DNA of 64,000 nucleotides from Escherichia coli (GTDB lineage Bacteria; Pseudomonadota; Gammaproteobacteria; Enterobacterales; Enterobacteriaceae): NCBI RefSeq assembly GCF_044324785.1, contig NZ_CP172127.1; one strand, 5' to 3'. Shown piece by piece: positions 41,863 to 52,843 of this stretch (position 1 is its first letter; each line of letters starts with the position of its first letter). The notes under the pieces were generated by a model. It saw only the letters and a program-made list of their open reading frames with translations, ran no database searches and was not told where the DNA came from. The position numbers and the translations under genes were made by a program.

Positions 41863-41958
41863 TGAAGATAACAAAGGTGGCATTTATTTTTGCGCTGTCA
41901 GTGTGGAGTGTTGCTGTGATATGTCTTTTATTATTTGTACTGGTTGTTCTGGGATAGC
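41863..41958 (+). CDS. Possible 31-aa hydrophobic small membrane peptide
   Basis: MKITKVAFIFALSVWSVAVICLLLFVLVVLG; not in ORF track; speculative. Confidence 0.2.
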
Positions 41959-42106
41959 CATAGTGAAATAAAAAGCTGTCTGAATTAAATTATTTTGCAC
42001 ACATGTTTTAATTCTGCACTGAATTCAGAATGGGTAATCAGTGACCGTCCTGACGGTCACTTTAAAGAAAAGGCATTTACACAGAATTACTGACAGGCTC
42101 TGGCTG

Positions 42107-42445
42107 TCATTCGGCCGATGAACAGTTGCTTAAGACAGGATTATCATTCCCTTCCACCAGATTGGCTTTTTTACCTTTTGTGTACAGTTTATATGAGTAT
42201 CTTTTATTGATGGCTTCGTAATTGGCTCCGGAGGCCATTTTCATTAGCTGCATAGGTATCATCTCATCCATCTGATTAATCACTGCATATGAGTTCCCAG
42301 CAGTGGTGTTGATATAGACCACCTCCATTGTCTTATTTCCATTACAGACATAAGCTGTTTTTGAGATTTCTTTTGTGGCAGCGGAGGATACCATACTGTT
42401 GCTAACAAGAATGAGTGCAAGGACGGGAGAAGAGTATTTTTTCAT
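42107..42445 (-). CDS. MliC-family periplasmic lysozyme inhibitor-like protein
   Basis: Signal peptide plus Y.C...ASGANY...YTKGKKA...C pattern typical of MliC/PliC. Confidence 0.55.
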   Translation of the reverse strand: MKKYSSPVLALILVSNSMVSSAATKEISKTAYVCNGNKTMEVVYINTTAGNSYAVINQMDEMIPMQLMKMASGANYEAINKRYSYKLYTKGKKANLVEGNDNPVLSNCSSAE

Positions 42446-42949
42446 AATAACTCCTTCTGTAGGTTAAAAAAACAGGTGTTTGATCAGAATTATATTAATA
42501 ATTCATTCATCAGAAAAAAAGGTTTTTGTTATAGCAATAATAATGAGCACAATTGCTTGTGAAACTGGTGCCATTTTACGGTTGCTTAGGAGTGCTGAAA
42601 CTGTGCCTGTTAGGGCACAGCTGGTGTGGTGGTCTCAGTACGGAACAATTTGAAAACCAGAACATCACTTAGGCTTGTGTCCACATTACATGGGGTAGGA
42701 TCAGTATTCCTCTATCAGGGGTAACTCGACCAGGCTGGCTGAGCTCTCGTTTTACTGCGAGTATCTATGCCCATTCAGCCAGTGTCAGCGCGAGAGTGTT
42801 AAATTCCGAGCGATTATCCATGCGCAGCATGACCGGATAACCATGATTTAGCCCCTGCCGAGCTAATCGGGAACTGCATAGCACTCTCAATATGGAATAA
42901 GCGATAATTATCGCTTATTCCCAGCAAAATATCATGCCTCATCGGTGCT

Positions 42950-43639
42950 TTACGAGGCGATCGCTGCAATAAAGCGTGTCGTTATCTGCTGCGGACGAGT
43001 GATTGCCCCCCCAACCACCACGGTATGAGCGCCTAATGTCAGGCAACGTGCGGCGCACTCCGGGGTGTCGACATTCCCTTCCGCCACGACCGGAACGCTG
43101 ACCGCTTTCAGGACCTCACGTAAGAATCCACAGTCATTTTCCGCCAGCACATGCCTGGCAGTTTCTGCGGTATAGCCGTAGAGCGTAGTGCCCACACAGT
43201 CAAAACCCAGACGTTCAGCTGTCACTGCCTCTTCTACTGTTGCTATATCTGCCATCAGAAGTATGGACGGGTAGCGAGCGCGGATCTGCGTGACCAGTTC
43301 TTCCAGCGTCTGACCACCAGGGCGCGGGCGCGCAGTAGCATCCAGGGCAATAATTTCCGGCTCAACGGTCATCAGCTCATCCACTTCCCGGAGAGTGGCC
43401 GTGATAAACACCTCACTGCCAGGGTAATCGCGTTTGATAATCCCTATCATCGGAAGGGAGACAATCTCTTTGATAGCACTAATATCCGCCACGCTGTTGG
43501 CACGGATACCTGCAGCACCACCTTGTGCTGCCGCCAGCGCCATACGTGACATAATAAACGGACTATGTAGAGGCTCATTTTCCAGAGCCTGACAGGAGAC
43601 GATTAATTTACCTTTCAGGGAATCCAGTACAGTTTTCAT
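42950..43639 (-). CDS. nanE: N-acetylmannosamine-6-phosphate 2-epimerase
   Basis: 229-aa ORF with NanE-family TIM-barrel signature along its length. Confidence 0.85.
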   Translation of the reverse strand: MKTVLDSLKGKLIVSCQALENEPLHSPFIMSRMALAAAQGGAAGIRANSVADISAIKEIVSLPMIGIIKRDYPGSEVFITATLREVDELMTVEPEIIALDATARPRPGGQTLEELVTQIRARYPSILLMADIATVEEAVTAERLGFDCVGTTLYGYTAETARHVLAENDCGFLREVLKAVSVPVVAEGNVDTPECAARCLTLGAHTVVVGGAITRPQQITTRFIAAIAS

Positions 43640-45195
43640 TACGATAAAATCTCTTCGACTTCGTTTTTAATGATGGTGACATGAGGGCCATAAATCACCT
43701 GAACGCCGTTGCCGCGAATAATCACGCCACGCGCTCCGGCCACTTTCAGCGCAGCTTCATCTACCTTACTGCTCTCTTTAACCGTCACGCGCAGGCGCGT
43801 GGCGCAACAGTCCACCTCTTCCAGATTCTCTTTGCCTCCCAGCCCGGCAATGACTGCCGCTGCGCGTTCACTCTGAGGCTGGCCGGATTCAACCTGGGTT
43901 ACGTTCTCACGCCCCGGCGTCAGCCAGCCAAAGCGGTTAATCAAATAGCGGAAAGTAAAGTAGTAAAGGAAGAACCACGGTATTCCCACTATGGGGACAT
44001 ACATCCAGTTTGTTTTAGCTTCCCCCTGCAACACGCCGAAGAGAAGGAAATCGATAAGCCCGCCCGAAAAGGTTTGCCCAATAGTGATATGTAAAATATG
44101 GGCGACCATAAACGCCAGACCATCGAAGAAGGCGTGAATTACGTATAATACGGGCGCGACAAACAGGAAGGAGAACTCAACAGGCTCAGTGATTCCCGTC
44201 AGGAAAGAGGTCAGGGCTGCCGACAAAAGTAGTCCGGCGACAACCTTTCTATTCTCCGGCTTTGCAGTATGGTACATTGCCAGACATGCGCCAAGCAGGC
44301 CAAACATCATGGTGATAAAGCGCCCGGACATAAAGCGAGCGGTACCCGCGTAGAACTGCTGCGTATTCGGATCGGCAAGTTGGGCAAAGAAAATCCGCTG
44401 CGTACCTTCAACCAACTGGCCGTTGACGATTTCACTGCCGCCCAGCGCCGTCGTCCAGAACGGCAAATAAAAGATATGGTGTAAACCCAGTGGACCGAGC
44501 ATACGCAGGATGAAGCCGTACAACAGCGTCCCCAGATAGCCCGTCGCATCCACCAGGTCGCCCAGTCCAAAAATGAGTTTCTGGAAATGCGGCCACACCA
44601 CCGTCATAACCGCACCCACTACTATCGCGGCAAGGGAGCTGATAATGGGTACAAAACGAGAACCACTAAAAAAACCGAGAAACTGAGGTAGTGAGACTTT
44701 ATTGAAACGGCTATGTAAAGTGCAGGTGACGAGACCAATCACCACCCCACCAAACACACCAGTTTCCAGTGTCTGAATACCAAGCGTCATCCCCTGGCCA
44801 ACTGAAGCGGGGTTCTTGTGCGCCAGCGTTCCGTTGAGCGTTAATAAGGCGTTGATGGTGGCATTCATCACCAGAAACGCCAGCAATGACGCAAGCCCGG
44901 CAGTGCCTTTATCCGATTTCGCCAGCCCCACGGCGACGCCGACTGCAAAGAGTACCGACAGGTTGGCAAACACAATAGAACCTGCGCTGGTCATGATTGT
45001 GAATATTGCCTGCAACCAGTCGGCATCTAAAAACGGATAAGCCGTCAACGTGTTTGGATTTGACAACGCGCCACCAATCCCTAATAACAGCCCTGCTGCG
45101 GGCAATACCGCAATCGGCAGCATGAAGGATTTTCCGAACCGCTGCGCTTTTTCAAACCATCCCCCCGATGAAGCGCCGCTAAACATTTGCATCAT
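43639..45195 (-). CDS. PTS EIICB component (glucose/GlcNAc family)
   Basis: 518-aa membrane permease with C-terminal EIIB CATRLR motif. Confidence 0.85.
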   Translation of the reverse strand: MMQMFSGASSGGWFEKAQRFGKSFMLPIAVLPAAGLLLGIGGALSNPNTLTAYPFLDADWLQAIFTIMTSAGSIVFANLSVLFAVGVAVGLAKSDKGTAGLASLLAFLVMNATINALLTLNGTLAHKNPASVGQGMTLGIQTLETGVFGGVVIGLVTCTLHSRFNKVSLPQFLGFFSGSRFVPIISSLAAIVVGAVMTVVWPHFQKLIFGLGDLVDATGYLGTLLYGFILRMLGPLGLHHIFYLPFWTTALGGSEIVNGQLVEGTQRIFFAQLADPNTQQFYAGTARFMSGRFITMMFGLLGACLAMYHTAKPENRKVVAGLLLSAALTSFLTGITEPVEFSFLFVAPVLYVIHAFFDGLAFMVAHILHITIGQTFSGGLIDFLLFGVLQGEAKTNWMYVPIVGIPWFFLYYFTFRYLINRFGWLTPGRENVTQVESGQPQSERAAAVIAGLGGKENLEEVDCCATRLRVTVKESSKVDEAALKVAGARGVIIRGNGVQVIYGPHVTIIKNEVEEILS

Positions 45196-45360
45196 TTTAT
45201 CATCTCCTCGATTTTTGATGAAAATTTTTACTATAATTATTCTTATAAATAAAAATCACCATCAAAATCTAAGAAGTCGATCATACTTTTTTAAAATGTC
45301 TGGCATCAATCCCCTCCTTTCCGTCACACTATCAACAGATAAACGCATTAAGGATTTTAC

Positions 45361-46185
45361 ATGTCAGAAAATGAAAACCTGCTGCTGAGATTGCGCCAGA
45401 GCGTTGATGGATATAGCCGAACACAACAGAAGCTGGGAGAGTTTGTACTTAGCGATCCGGCAAAAGTTGTCTACCTGACGATTACCGAACTTGCGCGTGA
45501 AAGCGGCACCAGCGAGGCTAGCGTCACACGTCTGTGCCGAACGCTTGGGTGTAAGGGCTATAACGAATTCAAAATGGCGCTGGCACTCGATCTCCGACAA
45601 GTACAGTTTGTAGAGCACGGCGGTGATGAGATTGACAATGTGGTCAATGAATCCGTGCAAGCAATACAGGACACAGCAAAATTACTCGACAGAGCCTTGC
45701 TGGAAGCAGCCGCGCTTGCACTGCATCAGGCTCAGTCAGTGCAGATTTATGGCGTAGCAGCCAGTGCCATTCTGGGGGAGTATTTACATTATAAACTCCT
45801 GCGTCTGGGGAAACCCGCACAATTGTTCAGCGATATGCATCGTGCTGCCATGAACGCCACAACACTTAGTAAAAACACGTTCGTGGTGGCGATTTCCAGT
45901 TCTGGATCCACGCGCGATCTGCTGCATGTCGTAAAACTAGCGCGTAAGCAAGGTGTGCGTGTACTGGCGCTGAGTAATACACCGCGCAGTCCGTTAGCTT
46001 CGCTGAGTGATATTCAACTGGTCGCGGCCAAACCGGAAGGACCCTTGAGTGCCGGCGCGCTGACTGCCAAAGTGGGAGTGATGCTGTTGGTAGAGCTACT
46101 CACCACATCGCTGATTGCGCTGGATGACCAGTACAGCGAGGTGAGCCAGAAAACAGCCAGCGCGACCCTACCGCTACTGCTTTAA
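45361..46185 (+). CDS. RpiR/MurR-family transcriptional regulator (HTH plus SIS domain)
   Basis: N-terminal HTH ITELARESGTSEASVTRLCRTLG and SIS sugar-phosphate-binding region; divergent from the PTS-nanE operon. Confidence 0.85.
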   Translation: MSENENLLLRLRQSVDGYSRTQQKLGEFVLSDPAKVVYLTITELARESGTSEASVTRLCRTLGCKGYNEFKMALALDLRQVQFVEHGGDEIDNVVNESVQAIQDTAKLLDRALLEAAALALHQAQSVQIYGVAASAILGEYLHYKLLRLGKPAQLFSDMHRAAMNATTLSKNTFVVAISSSGSTRDLLHVVKLARKQGVRVLALSNTPRSPLASLSDIQLVAAKPEGPLSAGALTAKVGVMLLVELLTTSLIALDDQYSEVSQKTASATLPLLL

Positions 46186-46276
46186 AGACATAAAAAACCG
46201 CCGAAGCGCTGGGTGCTCCCCATGAATCAGTGATAATAAACCAACATCATATTCTGGTAGGTTCTGGCGAGGTGAT

Positions 46277-46308
46277 TAAAAACGGTGCTCAGCACCGTTC
46301 GTTTTTAA
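46277..46308. terminator. Bidirectional rho-independent terminator between convergent genes
   Basis: Perfect palindrome AACGGTGCTCAGCACCGTT flanked by A-tract and T-tract. Confidence 0.6.
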
Positions 46309-46341
46309 ATTAGCGAGGAGTATCGTAAGATGCTCTTCCCC

Positions 46342-47685
46342 CTACTTCAGAAAATCCTTCACATCCAGTAGAATAAACTCGTTGTCATCCGCCATATTAG
46401 GCCAGCGGCTGGAGGAAAACGGGAAGTTATTATCGTTGCCTACGATGATGTGGTTAGTGTCAACCACATCCACGTTCTCGATGGTGAAGAACGGGAAGGT
46501 CAGCACACCGTCGTTCAGCGGCTTGCGTGCCAGCTTGTTCGGATCCTGAATCTTCATCAGGTCAATATAGCCCAGTTTTTCGACAGGTTTTCCGACGTTA
46601 GTGTCCGAGAAAGCAATTTTATACACCCGTTTGAACCTGGCTACTTGACTGAAGCAGTTGTTGGTCGGCGCGCCGGCGACGCAGGCTTTATCCGCCGTGC
46701 CTTCGCCGTTATCACGCTCGATCACCAGTCCGTGGGTATCATCTATCATATTGAAGTCGCCGATGGCGTTCTGGTTGTCTTCCAGCACGTACTGCCAGCT
46801 GCGACCAGTCCAGGCCTGCTGTTTGGCATCGAACTCCAGCACACGCAGGTAGCGTTTTCCGTCAACGTTCTCGAACTGCTCACCGTCCCACAATGCCCCT
46901 TCCAGCAGCGGATACAGCTTACTGCCGTCCGGCGAGATGGCCATGCCTTCAAAGCCTTTGGAACGCGCCACCTGGAAGTTCAGCTTACCGTCCGGAGCGC
47001 TAGGTAGAGTCAGCGTCGGGTTGTCCGGCGATTTAACCACCTTACCGTCCACTTCTGTGTCGAACACCGCCAGCACCTTGCCGTTCAGGTCGGTCTTGAT
47101 CAGGTAAGGACCGAACTCATCACCGATCCATAAGGCATCGTCGGAAAACTGGAAGCTTTCCGGATCAAAATCGCTGCCGGTCAGATAGCGTAGTTCGGTG
47201 CTCTCGTTGATGATGTGGAACGGCACCTTTTTATCCGGATCATGCAGGAACAGCGTCTTCAGCGGTACTACCGAGCCGTCTTTGAAATCTATCTTGTATT
47301 GGTTGAGGTACAGCATGGCGTCCGGGGAGTTGGCTTTGCTGCCGAAGCCATTGTCAGTCAGCACCCAATAGGTACCGTCGGGCATGTGTTTGATACCTGA
47401 GTGGCCCTGCAACGGCTGACCATTGATCGGCAGGCTGAGTCCTGTCAGGCGTTCTGCGGATTTGCCCGCCACGCTGCCCAGCTCGGTGACGCGTTTGCCG
47501 CTGGTGTATTTGCCGCTCTGTTGCAAATCGCCCGGCGCATCCTTCGGTGTTGAAACAGCGGATTTTGCCGGCAGAATTGCATGCCCGGCCAGCGTTGCCT
47601 GCACCGGCTGCGCTTTGGCCCACAGGTTGGCGCTCAGAGCCATGCAGCCAACCAGTATAGCCAGCCGGATTTTGGAGTTGTGCAT
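46342..47685 (-). CDS. Secreted phytase-like esterase family protein
   Basis: 447-aa ORF with signal peptide MHNSKIRLAILVGCMALSANLWA; family call by eye. Confidence 0.5.
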   Translation of the reverse strand: MHNSKIRLAILVGCMALSANLWAKAQPVQATLAGHAILPAKSAVSTPKDAPGDLQQSGKYTSGKRVTELGSVAGKSAERLTGLSLPINGQPLQGHSGIKHMPDGTYWVLTDNGFGSKANSPDAMLYLNQYKIDFKDGSVVPLKTLFLHDPDKKVPFHIINESTELRYLTGSDFDPESFQFSDDALWIGDEFGPYLIKTDLNGKVLAVFDTEVDGKVVKSPDNPTLTLPSAPDGKLNFQVARSKGFEGMAISPDGSKLYPLLEGALWDGEQFENVDGKRYLRVLEFDAKQQAWTGRSWQYVLEDNQNAIGDFNMIDDTHGLVIERDNGEGTADKACVAGAPTNNCFSQVARFKRVYKIAFSDTNVGKPVEKLGYIDLMKIQDPNKLARKPLNDGVLTFPFFTIENVDVVDTNHIIVGNDNNFPFSSSRWPNMADDNEFILLDVKDFLK

Positions 47686-48059
47686 GTCATACTCTCCTTT
47701 CGTTGTTATCGCCCAGAAGTAAAACTAACGTCATTGTAGGGAGCAGAAATGACAGAAATATTATGATTACGGTAGGGATAGCCGTTGCCGGCTTCCCCGC
47801 CATGTCAACGCCGGTATTTATGGTTTCTGTTTGCTTTTCTGTAAAAATAAAGGGGAGAGACGACGGTACTATAAACAACCATGATGAATCTCATCTATTC
47901 GGCCCAGATGAAAGACGCGCGTGAGGCTCTTGTTCGTTAAGCGGATACGTATATCCTGTACAATAATCAGATATACCTCACAGGGTCTAACACTTTATCA
48001 TCAACGAGTTGCAGATCAGATAGTCATACGGTTGCTGCGTGCTTTAGCTGGCTGAATAC

Positions 48060-49045
48060 AGCCTGAAATCATCACCGTAATGACATGATGCCCAGCACAG
48101 CCTTACCTTTCTGGCGGCGATGGCCACAACAGCGCGTCAGTATTCTCTGCGTTCAACCAGTGAACAGACCCAACGACTGAATGAGTCAGTCCTTTTCTCA
48201 GCACCAATCAGTACTGAACGAGCCCCCTGAACCAGAAGCATTCGCAGATACGAATCACCGGCTTTTGTTATCCTGCCCAGCTTCGACATTCAGCCGCTGC
48301 TGTATTGTGATAGCGTCAGCCCAGCCAGGCTGCCAGTTGCCGTCCCTTTTTAAAATCATGTGCATTACCGATACAGGCAACCAGCGCACAGGCTGTTGTG
48401 GGACCAACTCCTTTTAGCTCCATCAGCTGTTTAATACGGATATCATCCCTTGCAGCCTCATGAAGACGGTGGTCATGAGACGATATGAGTTCATTTTACT
48501 CTGACAGTTCGCACAACAAACGGATGAAGGGTCATTCCACTGCCCCTGGGCAGTATTCCCTGCTGGATTTTACGCACGTGCCTTATCCCCACAGGCAGCA
48601 GCAGACCAAATTCACTCAACAGCCCCCGGATTTCATTACGCAACGCCGTTCGCTCGCGGATGATTCTGGCCCGGACCCGGTATTCTTCCTGTAACGTCTG
48701 CTGGGATTCCGATATGAAAACAACAAATCGCATGCCGGGCCTGCTGACGGCCTCACAGATGGCAGCTGCATTATTAGCGTCGTTTTTGTTACCTTTGAGA
48801 TAAGATTTGACAAGTTTCTACGGAATAATGCGCACGGTAGGCCCCATACGGAATGAGTTCCCGTGCCCAGAATGGGAAGAGCCACAGACTTCGATGCTGA
48901 TGAGGCAGGGAGAAAGCCCGGAGAAAAACGTCATCATGTGGGGAGGGCTCAGCGTTTTTCTCCGTACCACTATTCATTGTGATCAACGCCGTGGATTTGA
49001 AAAACATTTTTCGGCAAGATCGAAACCAATACGATTAATATTCAT
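48060..49045 (-). pseudogene. IS110-family transposase, multiply frameshifted
   Basis: N-terminal MNINRIGFDLAEK, central ARIIRERTALRNEIRGLLSEFGLLLP and C-terminal GVGPTTACALVACIGNAHDFKKGRQLAAWLG in three different frames. Confidence 0.5.
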
Positions 49046-49179
49046 GACTGACTTCTCCACCAGGGAACTGGGTACATCTCAGTCTGGAACGTTGATGCCG
49101 TAAGGAGGAAGATGTCAATCACATCGGCCTACACGCGATGTTAGCTCAGATAGGCGAAACGTATCCGACATTACACTGG

Positions 49180-50496
49180 TTAAGACTTCGTCGATTTCTC
49201 AAAGCGGCGTAGTAACTGATTCCCACGCTCAACGGCGGTATCCAGCGCCTGCTGTGGCGTCTTCTTACCGGTCCACACGCTCTCAAGCTCTTCATCCACA
49301 ATCGCTCTGATCTGCGGCATGTTGCCCAGACGTAGTCCTTTGGTGAACGGTAACGACGGTTTGTTCAGCATCTGACGTGTCGCGATATCCGCCCCTGGGT
49401 TTTTCTCGTAAAAGCCCTGCTCACGGGTCAGGTCATACGCCGCTTTGGTGATTGGCAGATAACCGGTTTTCTGGTGCCACTCGGCAGCATTTTCTGGCTT
49501 CGCGAGGAAGTCGAGGAACTTCGCCACGCCGGTATACGTTTCTTTATCTTTGCCCTGCATCACCCACAGGCTGGCTCCGCCGATAATGGCGTTTTGTGGT
49601 GCATCTTTCGCGTCAGCGTCGTAAGGCATCATGCCTACGCCGTAGTTGAATTTGGCGTACTCGCGAATGCTGGCAAGAGAACCAGAAGAGGCAGTCGTCA
49701 TTGCGCAATCACCGTTATAGAACTTCTCGGTGGATTCATCCTTACGCCCGACGTAGCTGAAATCGCCTTTCTTGTTCATCTCTTCGAGCATGGCGATGTG
49801 TTTCACCTGCTCCGGCTTGTTGAACTCCAGCACCGCATCTGTGCCGTCAAAGCCGTTGTTTTTGCTGGCAAACGGCAGACCGTTCCAGGCGCTAAAGTTT
49901 TCCAGTTGGATCCAGCCCTGCCAGCCGCTGGAGTAGCCGCACTTCATACCGGAGGCTTTCAGTTTCGCGGCATAGTCCGCCAGATCCTGCCAGGTTTTCG
50001 GCGGCTGTTCCGGGTCTAATCCTGCTTTCTTGAAAGCATCTTTGTTGTAATAGAGAACAGGAGTCGAGCTGTTGAACGGCTGGGAGAGTAAGTGTCCGGT
50101 TTTACTGTCGGAGTAGTAGCCTGAAACCGTCGGCACAAACTGCGACTCATCAAAGTTAATCCCCGCCTCTTTAAACACGTCATACACCGGTTTAATGGCT
50201 TTCGACGCCATCATGGTGGCGGTGCCAACTTCATAAACCTGCAAAATAGCCGGAGCGTTACCGGTACGAAATGCTGCGATCCCCGCACTTAAACTCTCTT
50301 CGTAGTTGCCTTTATAAGTCGGTATAATTTTGTAATCCGGGTTTTCGGCGTTAAAACGTTGGACCAGAGAATTCACCTCTTTACCCAGTTCCCCTTCCAT
50401 AGAGTGCCAGAACGGAATGGTCGTCACTGCCTGTGCATTCCCCATTAACGTCAGTCCGAGCACTAGTGCTGAAGCTGTATAATGTAACGGTTTCAT
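49180..50496 (-). CDS. ugpB: sn-glycerol-3-phosphate ABC transporter periplasmic binding protein, no cognate permease genes adjacent
   Basis: 438-aa ORF with signal peptide; recognised as UgpB-like from memory; ugpAEC absent downstream. Confidence 0.75.
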   Translation of the reverse strand: MKPLHYTASALVLGLTLMGNAQAVTTIPFWHSMEGELGKEVNSLVQRFNAENPDYKIIPTYKGNYEESLSAGIAAFRTGNAPAILQVYEVGTATMMASKAIKPVYDVFKEAGINFDESQFVPTVSGYYSDSKTGHLLSQPFNSSTPVLYYNKDAFKKAGLDPEQPPKTWQDLADYAAKLKASGMKCGYSSGWQGWIQLENFSAWNGLPFASKNNGFDGTDAVLEFNKPEQVKHIAMLEEMNKKGDFSYVGRKDESTEKFYNGDCAMTTASSGSLASIREYAKFNYGVGMMPYDADAKDAPQNAIIGGASLWVMQGKDKETYTGVAKFLDFLAKPENAAEWHQKTGYLPITKAAYDLTREQGFYEKNPGADIATRQMLNKPSLPFTKGLRLGNMPQIRAIVDEELESVWTGKKTPQQALDTAVERGNQLLRRFEKSTKS

Positions 50497-50654
50497 CGTT
50501 TATCTCTCTTGCTTGTTGTACCTGATGAGCGAATTCACACGTTTCATGCTCGTGGGATTAAATATCATGCCCGAATTGCAGAAAAATAACTTTTTTATTA
50601 CATGTGTTAGACAGTAAAGTGTTAGAAAGATGACAGAGCAGTGACGGCACAGGT

Positions 50655-50968
50655 GAGACGTGGTGGATTGAATTTGATCCTGCTGTTGACAGTGAAATCC
50701 GCAAGACATGTCCGGCAGTGATCGTGAGCAATGACGCAGCAAACAGGAACCTCGCTCGAGTAGTCGTCGTTCCTCTGACCAGTAACACAGAGCGAGTGTA
50801 TCCAAGTGAGGCTGTTGTGACCGTAGGTGTCAGAGCAGCAAAGCGATTGTAGAGCAGATTATGGCGGCGGATAAGTCCTGTCTCAAAACACATATTGGCT
50901 CGTTGTCCAAAGCAGATATGTTGTCTGTTGAGGACGCAATCAAGATCCATCTTGGTTTACTGCGGTAA
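50655..50968 (+). pseudogene. PemK/MazF-family toxin, frame-disrupted and lacking an obvious start
   Basis: WIEFDPAVDSEIRKTCPAVIVSNDAANRNLARVVVVPLTSN...then stop; C-terminal QIMAADKSCLKTHIGSLSKADMLSVEDAIKIHLGLLR in another frame. Confidence 0.4.
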
Positions 50969-51599
50969 CGCCATGTGAATCTGTCGGCTACCGCCATTAG
51001 TGACGGAATTTTCTGTGGGGCAGCGTACCAATGGCATTCGGTTAAGTTCTTGCTGGAGCATCAAAAGAGTTCCAGCGCGTTCTGGGCCGTACATATTTTC
51101 GTGGGTAACACCTCCCTGGCCTTACTCGCTGAGTCATACAACTGCGATCGATTCAGATGCCATTTTGCAATCAGCCTCTCAGAAAGAGCGCAACAGAATG
51201 ATTTTAAATGTTTTCCTGTTACCCGAATCAGTAAAGACAAGTACCTCACTACGAGAAACAAGCAGTTTTTGAAATTAAAATTTTGTTTATTTCTACTACT
51301 ACCGATGAAAACGTTATTATCTTAATAATTAATGTCATTTCAGGATATCCATGTAAGGTTAAGTAATAATATATGAGCCTGTATTTTTATTTTACATCTT
51401 TCTCACTCTGTGAATGAAAATCTTCAATAGAAAATTTGATTTGAATAATTTATATAACTCTTCTATATTACATCAATGCCGATAGAAATCGTAAAAAGCT
51501 TCGTTTTCATAAAAATCTCTTTCAATAATATTTGTAGCTGGACCAGCCCCTTGAAACGCCAGATAGTGGATGTATCTTAAAATAAGAGACAGGCTTGGA

Positions 51600-52680
51600 T
51601 ATATGTCTGACACTGGTTCTAATTTTGAGATGACTGGAACTTTGCCGGGGCTGGAGCTTCGTAAACGTAAAACTCCTCAGGAAAAAATTGGCATTATTCA
51701 GCAGACAATGGAGCCTGGCATGGCGGTGTCACATGTGGCGCGTTTGCGTTGTATTCAGCCCTGCCTGTTGTTTAAGTGGAAAAACAATCTCTGGAAGGAA
51801 GTCTCACTGCTGTTGCTTCAGGAGAGGGTGTCGTTCCTGCCTCAGAACTGCCTGCCGCTATAAAACAAATAAAAGAGTTACAGCTCTTGCTGGGTAAAAA
51901 ACCATGGAAGTTTAGATCCTCAAAGAAGTGGGTGGTGGAGTATGCGCAATCGCGAAAATGGATAGCGCATGTGCCCTTGTTACCTTCGGACAAGGAATAG
52001 CCCCGGTAAGCCGTGTTCTGGGCGATACTCAGGCGGCAGTCCCTAAATGAAGGACTACCGTTAGTGAATGCAAAGCGCGTTTACCGGATAATGAGCGAAA
52101 ATATCCTGTTGTTACATGACAAACCATCACGACTGCAGCGGGAACATAAAGGCCGAATATCGGTAAGGAAAGCGACCAGCGTTGATGTTCTGATGGCTTT
52201 GAGTTCGGTTGCGATGATGGCGAAAAAGTCCGGGTTACGTTCGCCCTGGACTGTTGCGATCGTGAAGCTATCGACTGGGCATCCAATACGGGAGGTTACA
52301 ATAAAGCGACAGTGCAGGATGTGATGTTAGGAGCGATAGAAAAACTCTTTGGCGATAAAGTACCGGAACAGTCCATCCGGTGGTTGACAGATAACGGTTC
52401 AGCGTATAGAGCGCATGAAACACGGCAGTTCGCCAGAGAGTTGGATCTGGAGCCCTGCACAACGGCAATCAGCAGCTCTCAGAGTAATGGAATGGCAGAA
52501 AGGTTAGTGAAAACGATGAAGGAAGACTACATTGCGTTCATACCGAAACCGAATGTAATAACGGCATTGCATAACCTTGCATAGGCGTTCGAGAATTACA
52601 ATGAGAACCACCCGCATAGTGCGTTAGGTTATCTCTCACCACGGGAATATCGATGTCAGCGGATAACGTCACCTTAGATG
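51600..52680 (+). mobile_element. Degenerate IS2-like (IS3-family) element with fragmented orfA and orfB
   Basis: Track ORFs 51570-51863, 51776-52000, 52013-52324, 52312-52584 carry IS2-like segments ([54 protein letters not shown]) across different frames. Confidence 0.6.
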
Positions 52681-52843
52681 TAGCAGTTGCCAAACAGTGA
52701 CTCAAGGGCAGGCTTACCGCATACGCTGACACTTAGCTGATCGACAGAATATTATTAACAGTTCATCACTGAACGCTACATAATCAGAGTTGCATAAATA
52801 AAATGTTATGTTATAACATTTTAATACCAACATATGTTTTCGA

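Noticed and set aside
49474-50019. 181-aa plus-strand ORF
   Set aside because: Antisense within ugpB, which is strongly supported on the minus strand.
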